From NCBI GenBank assembly GCA_963668355.1, contig OY764265.1, positions 1,568,001 through 1,632,000 on the forward strand: a DNA stretch of 64,000 bases. Reading direction: 5' to 3'. The translations under genes and the position numbers were made by a program. Source of the DNA: Bdellovibrionota bacterium (GTDB taxonomy: Bacteria > Bdellovibrionota_G > JALEGL01 > DATDPG01). Of this stretch, positions 50,023-59,722 are shown piece after piece. The notes below the pieces were generated by a model, which saw only the letters and a program-made list of their open reading frames with translations, was not told where the DNA came from and did no database searches. Every line of letters begins with the position of its first letter. The stretch's first letter is position 1.

Positions 50023-51957
50023 ATGGAGTATTTGCGGGGAAATTGGGGAATTCTGTTTGGATTCGTGTGGATTTTTTTGAGTGGGTCTTCTTTTGCGGAG
50101 CCTTGGGTGGTGGATGAGGCGACGTTTTTTTACAATCAAGATCAGCGAAGAATGTCTTTGGCCAATCCGGGGGATTTTGCGGAAATCTCCACGACGGAAA
50201 CGGGGTTTCGACTTCGGGTTTGGAAACTGGGTTTGGCTGTCGTGCACGGGGAAACCCGCGTATCCATTTTTGGTCGAGGATCTCGCGCTTTTCGAAGCGC
50301 GGTCTCTGCGGGGGGAACGGCCAACTTTGAATACGAGACGGGCATTGAAACCACGAAAGCTCAGATTCCTGTCAACGACTTATGGGATCGCGTGAACCTG
50401 CCGAGGAATCCCTCTTCATCGCTTCAGCTTCAAACGAAAGAGGGAACTTCGGTGCGTGTTCCTTCGGAAGCCGTTCGAAAATACTTGTCGAATCATGCGC
50501 GGGATCATGGCTATCGAGTCGCCACGCAAGATGCATTTGCACAGCTAAAGAGCGATGGAAATCAAACGTATGCAGAGCTTCGAGAGGAGCTATTCAATTT
50601 TTGGGATCAAGTGGATATGGGAAGGTTATTCGAGGGCGTTCAGGATGAATTGGCTCGATATGTTCCGGAGGTTGATCGCGAAGCCTATCTGGCGCGAATT
50701 CGAGATGAATTGGCTCGTTTGGATATGACGTATCGGGATTTGGCGGATGAATACCTGGGACAATGGCGAGAGCGTTTGGAGTCGGTGGATGAGGTGGAGT
50801 TCAACGCAGCCGTGAAAATCGACTATGACATCAAGTTGGGCCCCTCGGATTGGGACATGGACATTGAAAATGAGGAGCTGGGTTTTTTCTTGGCGTTTCG
50901 GGCGTTGGACGATCAAGAAAAAACAGGGGTGTTGGAGTTTCGATCCGGAGTTTCACGTGTTTCGACGGAAGCCTCTTTTTATGTTTTTGAAGTTGTGGCT
51001 CAAGCGGAGGGGCGCGTGGATGTGGAAGCTTCCGCTACGGGCTTGGAAAATGGTGAGGACGTGTGGTCTGATTCCGTTCGCTTTGGAGGAAGCGGAAGTG
51101 TGGAAATTCCGTTAGATTTGAGTTCTCATCCGCTCTTTCTTTCTTCCCCCAAACGGGAGTACACGTTGGTGCATGTGGGGATGGGGTATTTCTTGAAGGA
51201 TACCACCCAATTTGAAATTGAGTTTGCGTATCGAGCCAATGGTCATCGAAGACATCAACTGGAACGGGCCAAATTGTTTTTTTCTCAGCAAGTCGCACCG
51301 TGGATGGCGTTTCATATGGGCGGAAGTTATCGACAAATTGCTTCACAAACCCATTTTTCGAATCAAAATGTTCCCGGTGATTTATTGAAGCAGAGTGAAG
51401 TGGATAATTTGAACCGCGATTTGGAGGAATACAGAGACTATATTGGAGACGTGAGTCTTACCTTCGGTATTGCTCTGGGCAAGAATTTATCTCTGGATGT
51501 GGCCGATTTACGTGTTCTGGGCCCAAATGTTTGGGCCAAGACCGGAGTGACGACGCAAGCTCTGGGATTGGAGTGCCGAGCGCATTGGGAACAATATCGA
51601 TTTCTTTTGGGGGGAAATACTAATGGCTTTTCTCCGGAGGACTTGTTTAGGCAAGCCGGAATCGATCCGGAGATCTTTGGGGACGAAGTGGTGATGGACG
51701 GTCGATATGTTGTGGACAGCGATCAGATCATCGACAATCGCTATTTGTTTGGTGTGGGGTTGAATCGTGAAAAATGGGCCGTGCGCCCGGCCATTGAAGT
51801 GGGCAAAGGACGCCTACGAGGGCTACAACTCGAATCCGCTTTGAAAAAGATTACGTTGAGTCGGGATCGATGTGTGGATGTAAATTTTGGGATTCGATTT
51901 GATTTGGACCAAGATGATGTAGGCGCCTTTCGAATCTCTGTCGGAACGGCCAGGTAG
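50023..51957 (+). CDS. Hypothetical exported protein, possible C-terminal beta-barrel
   Basis: 644-aa ORF with signal peptide SSFA, central acidic helical segment, strand-like C-terminal half. Confidence 0.6.
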   Translation: MEYLRGNWGILFGFVWIFLSGSSFAEPWVVDEATFFYNQDQRRMSLANPGDFAEISTTETGFRLRVWKLGLAVVHGETRVSIFGRGSRAFRSAVSAGGTANFEYETGIETTKAQIPVNDLWDRVNLPRNPSSSLQLQTKEGTSVRVPSEAVRKYLSNHARDHGYRVATQDAFAQLKSDGNQTYAELREELFNFWDQVDMGRLFEGVQDELARYVPEVDREAYLARIRDELARLDMTYRDLADEYLGQWRERLESVDEVEFNAAVKIDYDIKLGPSDWDMDIENEELGFFLAFRALDDQEKTGVLEFRSGVSRVSTEASFYVFEVVAQAEGRVDVEASATGLENGEDVWSDSVRFGGSGSVEIPLDLSSHPLFLSSPKREYTLVHVGMGYFLKDTTQFEIEFAYRANGHRRHQLERAKLFFSQQVAPWMAFHMGGSYRQIASQTHFSNQNVPGDLLKQSEVDNLNRDLEEYRDYIGDVSLTFGIALGKNLSLDVADLRVLGPNVWAKTGVTTQALGLECRAHWEQYRFLLGGNTNGFSPEDLFRQAGIDPEIFGDEVVMDGRYVVDSDQIIDNRYLFGVGLNREKWAVRPAIEVGKGRLRGLQLESALKKITLSRDRCVDVNFGIRFDLDQDDVGAFRISVGTAR

Positions 51958-52011
51958 GCCTAGATCAGGCTCATTGGAAGGCATGACAGATGCCTTCGAA
52001 AACCGTAGCAT

Positions 52012-53076
52012 ATGAACTCGGGAACTACTGAGTTCATGGAAGATATTCAGTTACTAGAACAGCTTCGCAAACGCATTGAAGGGCTAAACGTTTTCAGCGA
52101 AATCGGAAAAGCCGTTACTTCGACGTTGGATATTAATGAAGTTTTGAAAACGGTGCTGGGACATGTTTCGGACCTTTTGTCTCCCACAAGTTGGTCTCTT
52201 TTGTATGTGGATGAATCCGGAAAGAATCTTCGTTATGAAATCATGATTAACGAGCCATTCCAGGATGGGGGGCGTCTCATTCCTCTTGGGGAAGGAATTC
52301 CGGGTTGGGTCGCGGAGAGAAGCAAACCCATCTTGTGGGAGAAAAATGCCTTGGATCGGAGTCGAGAGCTTCCGAAAGGAATTTGTCCTCCGGATCGAGC
52401 CAAGTCCGTGCTTTGTGTTCCGCTTCATGCGGGAGGGCAGCTCATAGGTGTGTTGGATATCCGGAGATCCGGAAAGGATGTCGAACCTTTTCAAAAAGAA
52501 GATCTCACACTTCTTTCGGCCATCGCAGACTATGCCGCCATTGCCATCGAGAATGCTCGGAACTATCAACGTGTGGAAGATCTCACCATAACGGATGATC
52601 TTTCGGGTTTATTCAATATTCGTCATCTGCATCTGGTTTTAGAAGCGGAAGTGGTGCGTTCCAAACGTCATCGGAATGAGTTCTCGTTGATTTTCTTAGA
52701 CTTGGATCACTTCAAGCAGGTGAATGATCGATTTGGACATATCAATGGTTCTCAAATGATTCACGAAGTGGGGAAGTTGATTTTGGACAATATTCGAATG
52801 GTGGACTACGGGTTTCGATATGGCGGAGACGAATTTTGCGTCATGCTTCCTGAAACGCCGAAGGCCAATGCCGTCTTTGTTGCGGAGCGACTTCGGAAGG
52901 TCATCGAAGAAACGGTCTTCCTCCAAGAGGAAGAGGTGAACGCCCGGTTGACCGCGAGCATTGGCTTGGCTGCTTTTCCGAGGGACGCGTCCACAAAGGA
53001 TGATTTAATCAAACGGGCCGATGAGGCCATGTACGAAGCCAAGAACACAACACGCAACGCCGTTTGCCTCGCTTAG
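52012..53076 (+). CDS. GAF-GGDEF diguanylate cyclase
   Basis: GAF domain, DLDHFKQVND..GH, intact GGDEF with RxxD (RMVD) I-site. Confidence 0.95.
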   Translation: MNSGTTEFMEDIQLLEQLRKRIEGLNVFSEIGKAVTSTLDINEVLKTVLGHVSDLLSPTSWSLLYVDESGKNLRYEIMINEPFQDGGRLIPLGEGIPGWVAERSKPILWEKNALDRSRELPKGICPPDRAKSVLCVPLHAGGQLIGVLDIRRSGKDVEPFQKEDLTLLSAIADYAAIAIENARNYQRVEDLTITDDLSGLFNIRHLHLVLEAEVVRSKRHRNEFSLIFLDLDHFKQVNDRFGHINGSQMIHEVGKLILDNIRMVDYGFRYGGDEFCVMLPETPKANAVFVAERLRKVIEETVFLQEEEVNARLTASIGLAAFPRDASTKDDLIKRADEAMYEAKNTTRNAVCLA

Positions 53077-53129
53077 AATTTACCTGTGGATAAGTCCCTA
53101 AAATGAACAGTTCATTTTAGGGACGGGGG

Positions 53130-55082
53130 TTAGTAGAGGTTTCGTTCGCGGATTTTCCGATAGGCTTCGATGATCTCGACGGCAGCGAACCTCGGAAAGC
53201 TGGGGGGCGGATTGACCAAGAGTTCTGGGTTGAAAATATATTGCTTGCGTAGAAATCCCGATCGATACGAACCTGGGTAAACATAGCCTTGTGTATAGCT
53301 GTAGTCTTTGGTGATGGTCGTTCCGGTAACCCATAGCGTATCGGCCAATTGTCGTGGGACTTCTCGGCCAAATTCACAACCTCCGCCCGGAGGTGCCCAA
53401 GGGGTGTCTCCGAAAGGAGCGTGGTTGGGGCCTTCCGTTGGAGCCGTGCAATATTGTGGGGTCAAACCTGCGGCATAGGAAGTCGGAACATCTAGCGAGT
53501 TGCAATTATAGAGATCGTCGCAAGCGGGATCATGTACGTTCCCGGAGTCATCCGGCACGACAACACCATAGTCGTACGCAGGGTCTACGTTGTTTAGGTT
53601 TTGAATGTCCAACATTCCCGTATCTGAGGTTTCTCCGATGGCGATCATGGCCGCCTCAATATCCAATACGGAGACAAAATTTTCACGTCCATTAACCCAA
53701 TTGGGGTCGTCGGGCATCCATTCGCTGCATCCGTTTTCAGTACCGCAGTCTCCGTCGGTCCAATGTTTGGTATAGGTCGTTTTGTAATCGTTGTTTCCAT
53801 AGTCCCGGTCTCGAATGCCGAAATTGGATTCTGTGATGACAAAGTTTGTGGCGGTTGCCATTTCATCCGCGGTGGCACTGGCTGGTTGACTTAAGGCATC
53901 CGGTCGAAGGTCCCACCAGGTGCCGCCTCGGTTTCGGCGGTCTCCATCTTGTCTCCGGTCGGCTTCGTTTCCGCTTAGGTTCGCCGTGGGAATGCTTGCA
54001 GGAATGATGATGTTTTCTTTTGCAATCAGTCCGGCGGTGTATCGTGCATTGGCTTGATCTGTGGCCAAAAAGTCTCCTCGGAGTTCAATGTTCTTGGCGG
54101 CAATGGTGACGCCTCCTCGATAGAAACCTTTTACGCCCACTGTGGCATCGGGGGCATAGTAGACCAAACCATCTCCAATCAAATGGGGCCCGCTGATTTG
54201 TGCTCCATATCGGGTGTTGACGGACAGCGGGTCATCGCAATTGTATTTGTAGTAATACTCATGGTGAAAGAGGAGACAGACCGAGTCCGTGGAATTGTCG
54301 GTAACCGTCGGTGCGACTTGAGAGAAGATGCTGGAAATGTCTCCAAATTCCAGCTCGTATCCGGTCTCCAACACGCGTTCGAACACCATATGGGCAAAGA
54401 TGGTTCTTCGAAAGAGATCCTCCCCCTCACTCACGGACTGAGCAAACGTCACAGGACCTTTGAAGTGGTGGTGTCCGCTTTGGAAATACGGTTTGACACG
54501 ATCCCCATCCTCGTCTTCAAAAGGACCGAAGTGAACATGGCCATCGTATGTCCCCGGCTGAAATCGAAATTCATCTCTGGGTCTGGGATTTAAAATTCCC
54601 AAGGTGATGTTCGCAAAACTTGTCCGTTGAACATTGTAAAGGGCTTCCATTTGAAGCGTGTTGCCGGTTTGCTTATTTTCCACCTCAATGATGGCTTTTA
54701 CCTGCTTTGTGCCATCACTTAGGTTGTCAATATTGCATACCGTATTTTCTGCAGATTCGTTGATGAACTCATACCAATACTGCACATGAAAATCATTGTT
54801 CGGAACGGTAAAAGGTGAGTCAACAACGGGCGGGTTTCGATCATAGGAGGCCGTTCCACAATCCCCTCTTTCGGATCGAACCACCAACTCCTTCTTGGCT
54901 AAATTCAATCCAGAATCTGCTACGTTTTCAATGGTGGCTCGCTTTCGGAACAGCGTGCTTAGAGAGATGGATTTCTTCATCGAGCTGCTCAATAAAGAAA
55001 CGCCCAATCCCAGAACCACGAGCAAAATTAAAACGGTGACCAATGCCTGTCCGGATGAAGTGAACTTCTTGAGTGTGCGCAT
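53130..55082 (-). CDS. Large PilX-like minor pilin (DUF4900-like C-terminus)
   Basis: Class III signal SSG|QALVTVLILLVVL without E5; A+xGL helix; C-terminal GFLRKQYIFNPELLVNPPPSFP; TGATG coupling to the upstream pilin. Confidence 0.72.
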   Translation of the reverse strand: MRTLKKFTSSGQALVTVLILLVVLGLGVSLLSSSMKKSISLSTLFRKRATIENVADSGLNLAKKELVVRSERGDCGTASYDRNPPVVDSPFTVPNNDFHVQYWYEFINESAENTVCNIDNLSDGTKQVKAIIEVENKQTGNTLQMEALYNVQRTSFANITLGILNPRPRDEFRFQPGTYDGHVHFGPFEDEDGDRVKPYFQSGHHHFKGPVTFAQSVSEGEDLFRRTIFAHMVFERVLETGYELEFGDISSIFSQVAPTVTDNSTDSVCLLFHHEYYYKYNCDDPLSVNTRYGAQISGPHLIGDGLVYYAPDATVGVKGFYRGGVTIAAKNIELRGDFLATDQANARYTAGLIAKENIIIPASIPTANLSGNEADRRQDGDRRNRGGTWWDLRPDALSQPASATADEMATATNFVITESNFGIRDRDYGNNDYKTTYTKHWTDGDCGTENGCSEWMPDDPNWVNGRENFVSVLDIEAAMIAIGETSDTGMLDIQNLNNVDPAYDYGVVVPDDSGNVHDPACDDLYNCNSLDVPTSYAAGLTPQYCTAPTEGPNHAPFGDTPWAPPGGGCEFGREVPRQLADTLWVTGTTITKDYSYTQGYVYPGSYRSGFLRKQYIFNPELLVNPPPSFPRFAAVEIIEAYRKIRERNLY

Positions 55083-56497
55083 CAGTATCCTCCTCCTGGG
55101 GGAGATGTTGGAAGTGGAGTAGGCGTGGGCGTCGGTGGCTCGTACGTGCATCCCGGTGTCTTCGGAAGGCAGATGCCACAAATTTGCCCCGGAGGACATG
55201 GAGGACGCGTTGGGGTTGCCGTTGGGGCCAGGGGCGTTGGTGTTGCTGTGTAAATTTCAAAAGGATCATATCCGAAGTTTTCGGCGCTTGCGGCACCCAA
55301 AGGCCGTCTTAGGTTGGCAGGGCTCAACTTTTGTGTGAGGGAAACTTCTTTATTGGCTTCTCCCGTTTCCGTGGTTTCAGACATCTTTGGTGCCAAGGCA
55401 TCCACCTCCGCAGTGACGCTTCGGAAATAGGGGTATCCGATTTGATTTAAGCATGTGACGGTTTCCGTGGCTTCGTCAATACTGTCCATCGAAGGGAGGA
55501 AGGCTTTGACGGTTCTGGATTGTTTGATTTTTCTTTCGTCGTTTCGATCTTCGTAGCTGTACTCGAACGTGAAATGTTCAACATTTCTGGCCACGCCTTC
55601 CCAATATGCGACTCGTTGTCCGGAACCTCCGAAAGTCTGGGCCACGACATTAAAGTTGTCATCAAAACGGTGAAGATCTTGGTAGATCATTTTTGTTTCT
55701 GGATCATGGGCATACGTGATGACATGAGCCTTGTGAATGAACCCCGTGGAGTGGTCAAAGTTGTTGGTTAACGTGTTGTTCCACATGGAAACGTCGGGAT
55801 CAAACGTGATCACATTACTGGATTTATTTGTGACCCGGAGGAGTTCTCGTTTCGTGGAATCCGCCAACACAATGTAATCTCCCACATTGATTTTCTGGAG
55901 TTCTGTTTCTTGTCCCGTTTCTACGGTTAGAGAGATGCTGCCCGCTGCAACATCGGAATCTAGAAAAACTGGCAAAGTGTCCTGAGCCAAAAAAGACACG
56001 CGAAGGGCATCACTTTCAGGGGCATCTTCGGCCAGGGGGATGGAAGGATCGACATAGGTCAAGTGATCGCCCGTGTCGATGTCCGCTTTTCGTTTTCCTG
56101 GGAGGGGAACTAAGCCATGGGCAATGATGGGGTAGGATTCTCCGGGAGGTACGAACCGAACATGGTATCTGTCAAAATCCCCGTGAGCATCACACCCGTC
56201 CAATGTTTGGGGAAAGCTTCCAAGCATTGTTGAGGCGGCTCGGGGAAACGTAATGGCATTGCCGACTTGAATGCGCAATCGTTGAATGAATTGGTTGGTT
56301 TCGGAGTGAACTTTAGCATTTCGAATGGCCCGTACACTTCGATTTTGTGTTTTTACGGCAAAATTAAATCCCGCAATGATGACCAAGGCGACCAAGCCCA
56401 AGGCCACAACCATTTCAACCATGGATAAGCCTAGGTGATTTATGTTTCTATTCTCAGACGAGTAGGAACCTTTTTTGATTCGGCGGTTAAACATCAT
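55082..56497 (-). CDS. PilW-like type IV minor pilin with Pro/Thr-rich Cys-containing tail
   Basis: Prepilin motif G|LSMVEMVVALGL, VARNVEHFTFEY (PilW-like), PT-repeat tail. Confidence 0.78.
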   Translation of the reverse strand: MMFNRRIKKGSYSSENRNINHLGLSMVEMVVALGLVALVIIAGFNFAVKTQNRSVRAIRNAKVHSETNQFIQRLRIQVGNAITFPRAASTMLGSFPQTLDGCDAHGDFDRYHVRFVPPGESYPIIAHGLVPLPGKRKADIDTGDHLTYVDPSIPLAEDAPESDALRVSFLAQDTLPVFLDSDVAAGSISLTVETGQETELQKINVGDYIVLADSTKRELLRVTNKSSNVITFDPDVSMWNNTLTNNFDHSTGFIHKAHVITYAHDPETKMIYQDLHRFDDNFNVVAQTFGGSGQRVAYWEGVARNVEHFTFEYSYEDRNDERKIKQSRTVKAFLPSMDSIDEATETVTCLNQIGYPYFRSVTAEVDALAPKMSETTETGEANKEVSLTQKLSPANLRRPLGAASAENFGYDPFEIYTATPTPLAPTATPTRPPCPPGQICGICLPKTPGCTYEPPTPTPTPLPTSPPGGGY

Positions 56498-56530
56498 AAT
56501 ACGTGCGAGTCTCCCGGGATTAGCTGTTGA

Positions 56531-56546
56531 AGCAACATTTGTTCCA
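56531..56546 (-). promoter_or_regulatory. Sigma-54 -24/-12 promoter of the minor-pilin pair
   Basis: Minus strand TGGAAC-AAATG-TTGCT; IHF-like TTTCAATAGGTTG at 56595-56607. Confidence 0.65.
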
Positions 56547-56740
56547 AGTCCAATTCGTTTTCTTGACGTTAAAAAAATATCATAAGCTTCGTTTTTTCAA
56601 TAGGTTGTTCGACAATCTTTATGGGAGGTGAGAGGAATCGCTGAAAGCGAACACGTTGTGTGTAAACTTTGATTCCCCTAAAAGGGGAACTTGGGTTTAC
56701 ATGTGCTTTTCTTTGTTTTCATGTAAAAGCCGAATCAAGA

Positions 56741-57583
56741 ATGAATCGAACGATCGCATTGGGCTTGCTTTTATTGACCGCACTTTTGTGGAGTTTGGGC
56801 GGGTTGTTGATTAAGTCGATCGAGTGGCATCCACTGGCCATAGCCGGGGCGCGAAGTGGTTTGGCTGCGGTCACCATTTTTTTCATTTTTCGGAAATTCC
56901 ATTTTTCGTGGTCTGTGGCTCAAATCGGAGGAGCTTTAGCGTATGCGGCTACAGTGATTTTATTTGTCTTGGCGACGAAAATGACCACCGCTGCCAATGC
57001 CATTCTTCTTCAGTACACGGCACCGATTTACGTAGGATTATTTGGAGCGTGGTTTTTGGGAGAACGGACCACAAAATTCGATTGGCTCATCATTGTGTTG
57101 GCCCTTTCAGGCATGAGTCTCTTTTTTTTGGATCGCCTTTCTTTGTCGGGACTTTGGGGAAATATCATTGCCTTGATCAGTGGGGTCAGTTTTGCATGGC
57201 TGGCGTTGTTTCTTCGCAAGGATGGCGGAAGGTCTTCGGTGGAAGCGATTGTCTTGGGAAATGCCTTGGCGTTTCTCATTGGACTTCCCTTTTTTTTCAA
57301 GCAGGCAATTTCTGCTTCTAGTTTGCCTCCGCTCATTGCCTTGGGGGTCATTCAGTTGGGGGTTTCTTATGCACTATATGCGTTGGCCATTCGCTATGTA
57401 ACTGCGGTCGAGGCCATTCTGGTCCCTTTCATTGAACCCATCATGAATCCCATTTGGGTATTGATTGTGGTCGGAGAAAAGCCTGGAACCTTTTCAGTCC
57501 TTGGGGGAGCGATCATTCTTTTGGCGGTCGCGTCCCGAGGTTTGAAACCTCTTATTCGAAGAGGCCGGTTTGGATTTCATTAA
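56741..57583 (+). CDS. EamA/DMT family transporter
   Basis: LWSLGGLLIK, TTAANAILLQYTAP, IEPIMNPIWV, GEKP. Confidence 0.9.
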   Translation: MNRTIALGLLLLTALLWSLGGLLIKSIEWHPLAIAGARSGLAAVTIFFIFRKFHFSWSVAQIGGALAYAATVILFVLATKMTTAANAILLQYTAPIYVGLFGAWFLGERTTKFDWLIIVLALSGMSLFFLDRLSLSGLWGNIIALISGVSFAWLALFLRKDGGRSSVEAIVLGNALAFLIGLPFFFKQAISASSLPPLIALGVIQLGVSYALYALAIRYVTAVEAILVPFIEPIMNPIWVLIVVGEKPGTFSVLGGAIILLAVASRGLKPLIRRGRFGFH

Positions 57584-58418
57584 AGTGGTATAAAAATTCA
57601 ACACCATAAGAATGGGCCCCCCCTTGGACGTCTCTCACACGGAGAACATGGATTTGGCCTCCTGGTCCCATGTTGTTGTTTGCATTTGCGTAGCTTATGG
57701 CAACGGGACCTAGCCATTTATGAATATTGGTCAAACGTGTGGGTTGGCTATAGTCAATATTTTCAATTCCTAGGCGAAAAGGGGCAAAGGCAGGAAGGTC
57801 CCAATCCACAACCTCTTCATCCACACCGTCACGGATGATGCTGACCCGGGCCTTATCTGTATTGCAGTCACCGTGGAGATTGGGGAATCCCCCGACATCT
57901 CCCAGTCCCGTACCGAAGGATTTTAAGGTCAAAATCCCAGCTTGAAGAATGAGGGCATCCTTATGGTCCGCACACCACTTGACGCGAATTCTCACAGTTT
58001 GGTCAAAAGACCTTTCGGTAAGGCACTCATTTATACTATCGTCTGTGACTTGATTTTCATCGTCATCATATTCAGCTAGAGTTACCCACTCACCTTCGGT
58101 TTTGCATTCTTCGTCCACTTCGTCATTGGGGTTGTTTCGGCAGCCAATGTCAGGATTGAGGGAGTTGGGATCATCCGTGTCATAACATCCGTCCCCATCA
58201 TCGTCTGCATCTGCATCGTTGAGAATTCCGTCTCCGTCAATATCGTTGTCGTCGCAGTTGTTGATTCCATCACCATCCGTATCCAAAAGGCAGGAACCGT
58301 CGGTTTCTAAATCTTGGTTGGAATCGGTTGAGCCCGGACTCACGGCTTGTTGCGCGCAGCCGAACATGAAAAGCAAGAGAACGAATAGGGGGAATAATTT
58401 TTGGGTCGTTTTGGCCAT
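57552..58418 (-). CDS. Lipoprotein with thrombospondin type-3-like Ca-binding repeats
   Basis: Lipobox MFGC; DTDGDGINNCDDNDIDGDGILNDADADDDGDG. Confidence 0.75.
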   Translation of the reverse strand: MAKTTQKLFPLFVLLLFMFGCAQQAVSPGSTDSNQDLETDGSCLLDTDGDGINNCDDNDIDGDGILNDADADDDGDGCYDTDDPNSLNPDIGCRNNPNDEVDEECKTEGEWVTLAEYDDDENQVTDDSINECLTERSFDQTVRIRVKWCADHKDALILQAGILTLKSFGTGLGDVGGFPNLHGDCNTDKARVSIIRDGVDEEVVDWDLPAFAPFRLGIENIDYSQPTRLTNIHKWLGPVAISYANANNNMGPGGQIHVLRVRDVQGGAHSYGVEFLYHFNEIQTGLFE

Positions 58419-58433
58419 CTCACCGAAAAGATC

Positions 58434-58449
58434 CGCAACCTCTATGCCA
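58434..58449 (-). promoter_or_regulatory. Sigma-54 -24/-12 promoter
   Basis: Minus strand TGGCAT-AGAGG-TTGCG; IHF-like TTTCAGGAGTTTA at 58464-58476. Confidence 0.65.
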
Positions 58450-58594
58450 AGAAGGGACTCAGTTAAACTCCTGAAAACAATGAAGAAAGATGAAGGTCGG
58501 CGTGTGAAAGGCGGTGAAAAATCGGCAATTGCCGAAAAATGGGCGAGGCCTTGCTTCTTGCAAGTCGCTTGGGGCCAACTAAGCTAAGAGATCC

Positions 58595-59683
58595 ATGGAA
58601 AAAGTAGGTTTAGTTGTTGTTGGGGCTGGGGTCATCGGCTCGGCCATTGCGGCTGAATTGAGCGCGGGGAAAGAGGATGTGTTGGTGTTGGAGGCTGCTT
58701 CGAAACCCGGAGATGAAACGACGGGAAGAAATAGCGGCGTCATTCATGCGGGTTTGTATTACTCCCCGAATTCGTTGAAGGCGACAACCTGTATTCGAGG
58801 CAACGCTCTTTTGTACGATTGGTGCATCAAGCACCGTGTCGCGCACAACAAATGTGGAAAATTGATTGTTGCAAAGAATGAGAAACAGGAAGAAGTGCTG
58901 AGTCGTCTGTTTTCGAATGCCAAAAACGCTCAAGCGAAGGGAGTGTCTTGGCTGGATCAGAAAGCGCTTTCTACTCGATTTCCAGAAGTTCCAGGAAGGG
59001 CGGCTTTGTGGAGTTCGGAAACCGGAATTGTCGATCCCATCGAGTTGACGAATTCTCTGATTGCCAAAGCTCAACGTTCTGGAGCGGTTTTGGTTACGGA
59101 TGCTCGCGTATCTGGAATTGCTAAAAAAGAGGGTGGTTTCCTTTTAACCACTTCACGAGGAGAGGTTTGGGCAGAAAGGGTTGTGAATTGTGCCGGACTT
59201 TTTGCAGATGACCTGGCCCGCATGGTTGGCACGAAGGATTATCAAATATTTCCTTGTCGCGGCGACTATTTTGTTTGGAATACAAAAAGAAAATTTCCAT
59301 TCCTCATTTACCCTGTGAAAGATCCTGAGTCTTCTCACTTGGGCATTCATGTGACGTTCGACTCTTCGGGGAGAGTTCGATTGGGGCCGAATGCCACGTA
59401 TGTGAACTATAAAACGTACGATCAACCTTCTTCGAAACATTTAAAGGAAGAATTTTTACGCGCTGGACGAGCGTTGTTTGGAGACATGAATTCTTCTGAA
59501 CTTTCCTATGACGGTTATGGGCTTCGACCAAAATTGAGAGGACCCGAGGAGAAGGAAGATCGAGATTTTGTCATTTCCGAAGATATTCCCGGATTTGTAA
59601 ATCTAATTGGAATCGATTCCCCAGGCCTCACCGCCTGCCTGTCCATCGCAGAAGAAGTGTCCAGAATATTGAGATCACGTTGA
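58595..59683 (+). CDS. FAD-dependent oxidoreductase, L-2-hydroxyglutarate oxidase (LhgO)-like
   Basis: GAGVIG, RNSGVIHAGLYY, CGKLIVA, NCAGLFAD, LGIHVT, GIDSPGLTA. Confidence 0.88.
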   Translation: MEKVGLVVVGAGVIGSAIAAELSAGKEDVLVLEAASKPGDETTGRNSGVIHAGLYYSPNSLKATTCIRGNALLYDWCIKHRVAHNKCGKLIVAKNEKQEEVLSRLFSNAKNAQAKGVSWLDQKALSTRFPEVPGRAALWSSETGIVDPIELTNSLIAKAQRSGAVLVTDARVSGIAKKEGGFLLTTSRGEVWAERVVNCAGLFADDLARMVGTKDYQIFPCRGDYFVWNTKRKFPFLIYPVKDPESSHLGIHVTFDSSGRVRLGPNATYVNYKTYDQPSSKHLKEEFLRAGRALFGDMNSSELSYDGYGLRPKLRGPEEKEDRDFVISEDIPGFVNLIGIDSPGLTACLSIAEEVSRILRSR

Positions 59684-59722
59684 GACTCCGAAATCGTTCA
59701 TAAGAACAGCTAGGTTTGAGGG

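Noticed and set aside
51977..51997. Hairpin GAAGGCAT-GACAG-ATGCCTTC before the GGDEF gene (also has GG-N10-GC spacing)
   Set aside because: No plus-strand U-tract and a poor match to the sigma-54 consensus; function ambiguous.
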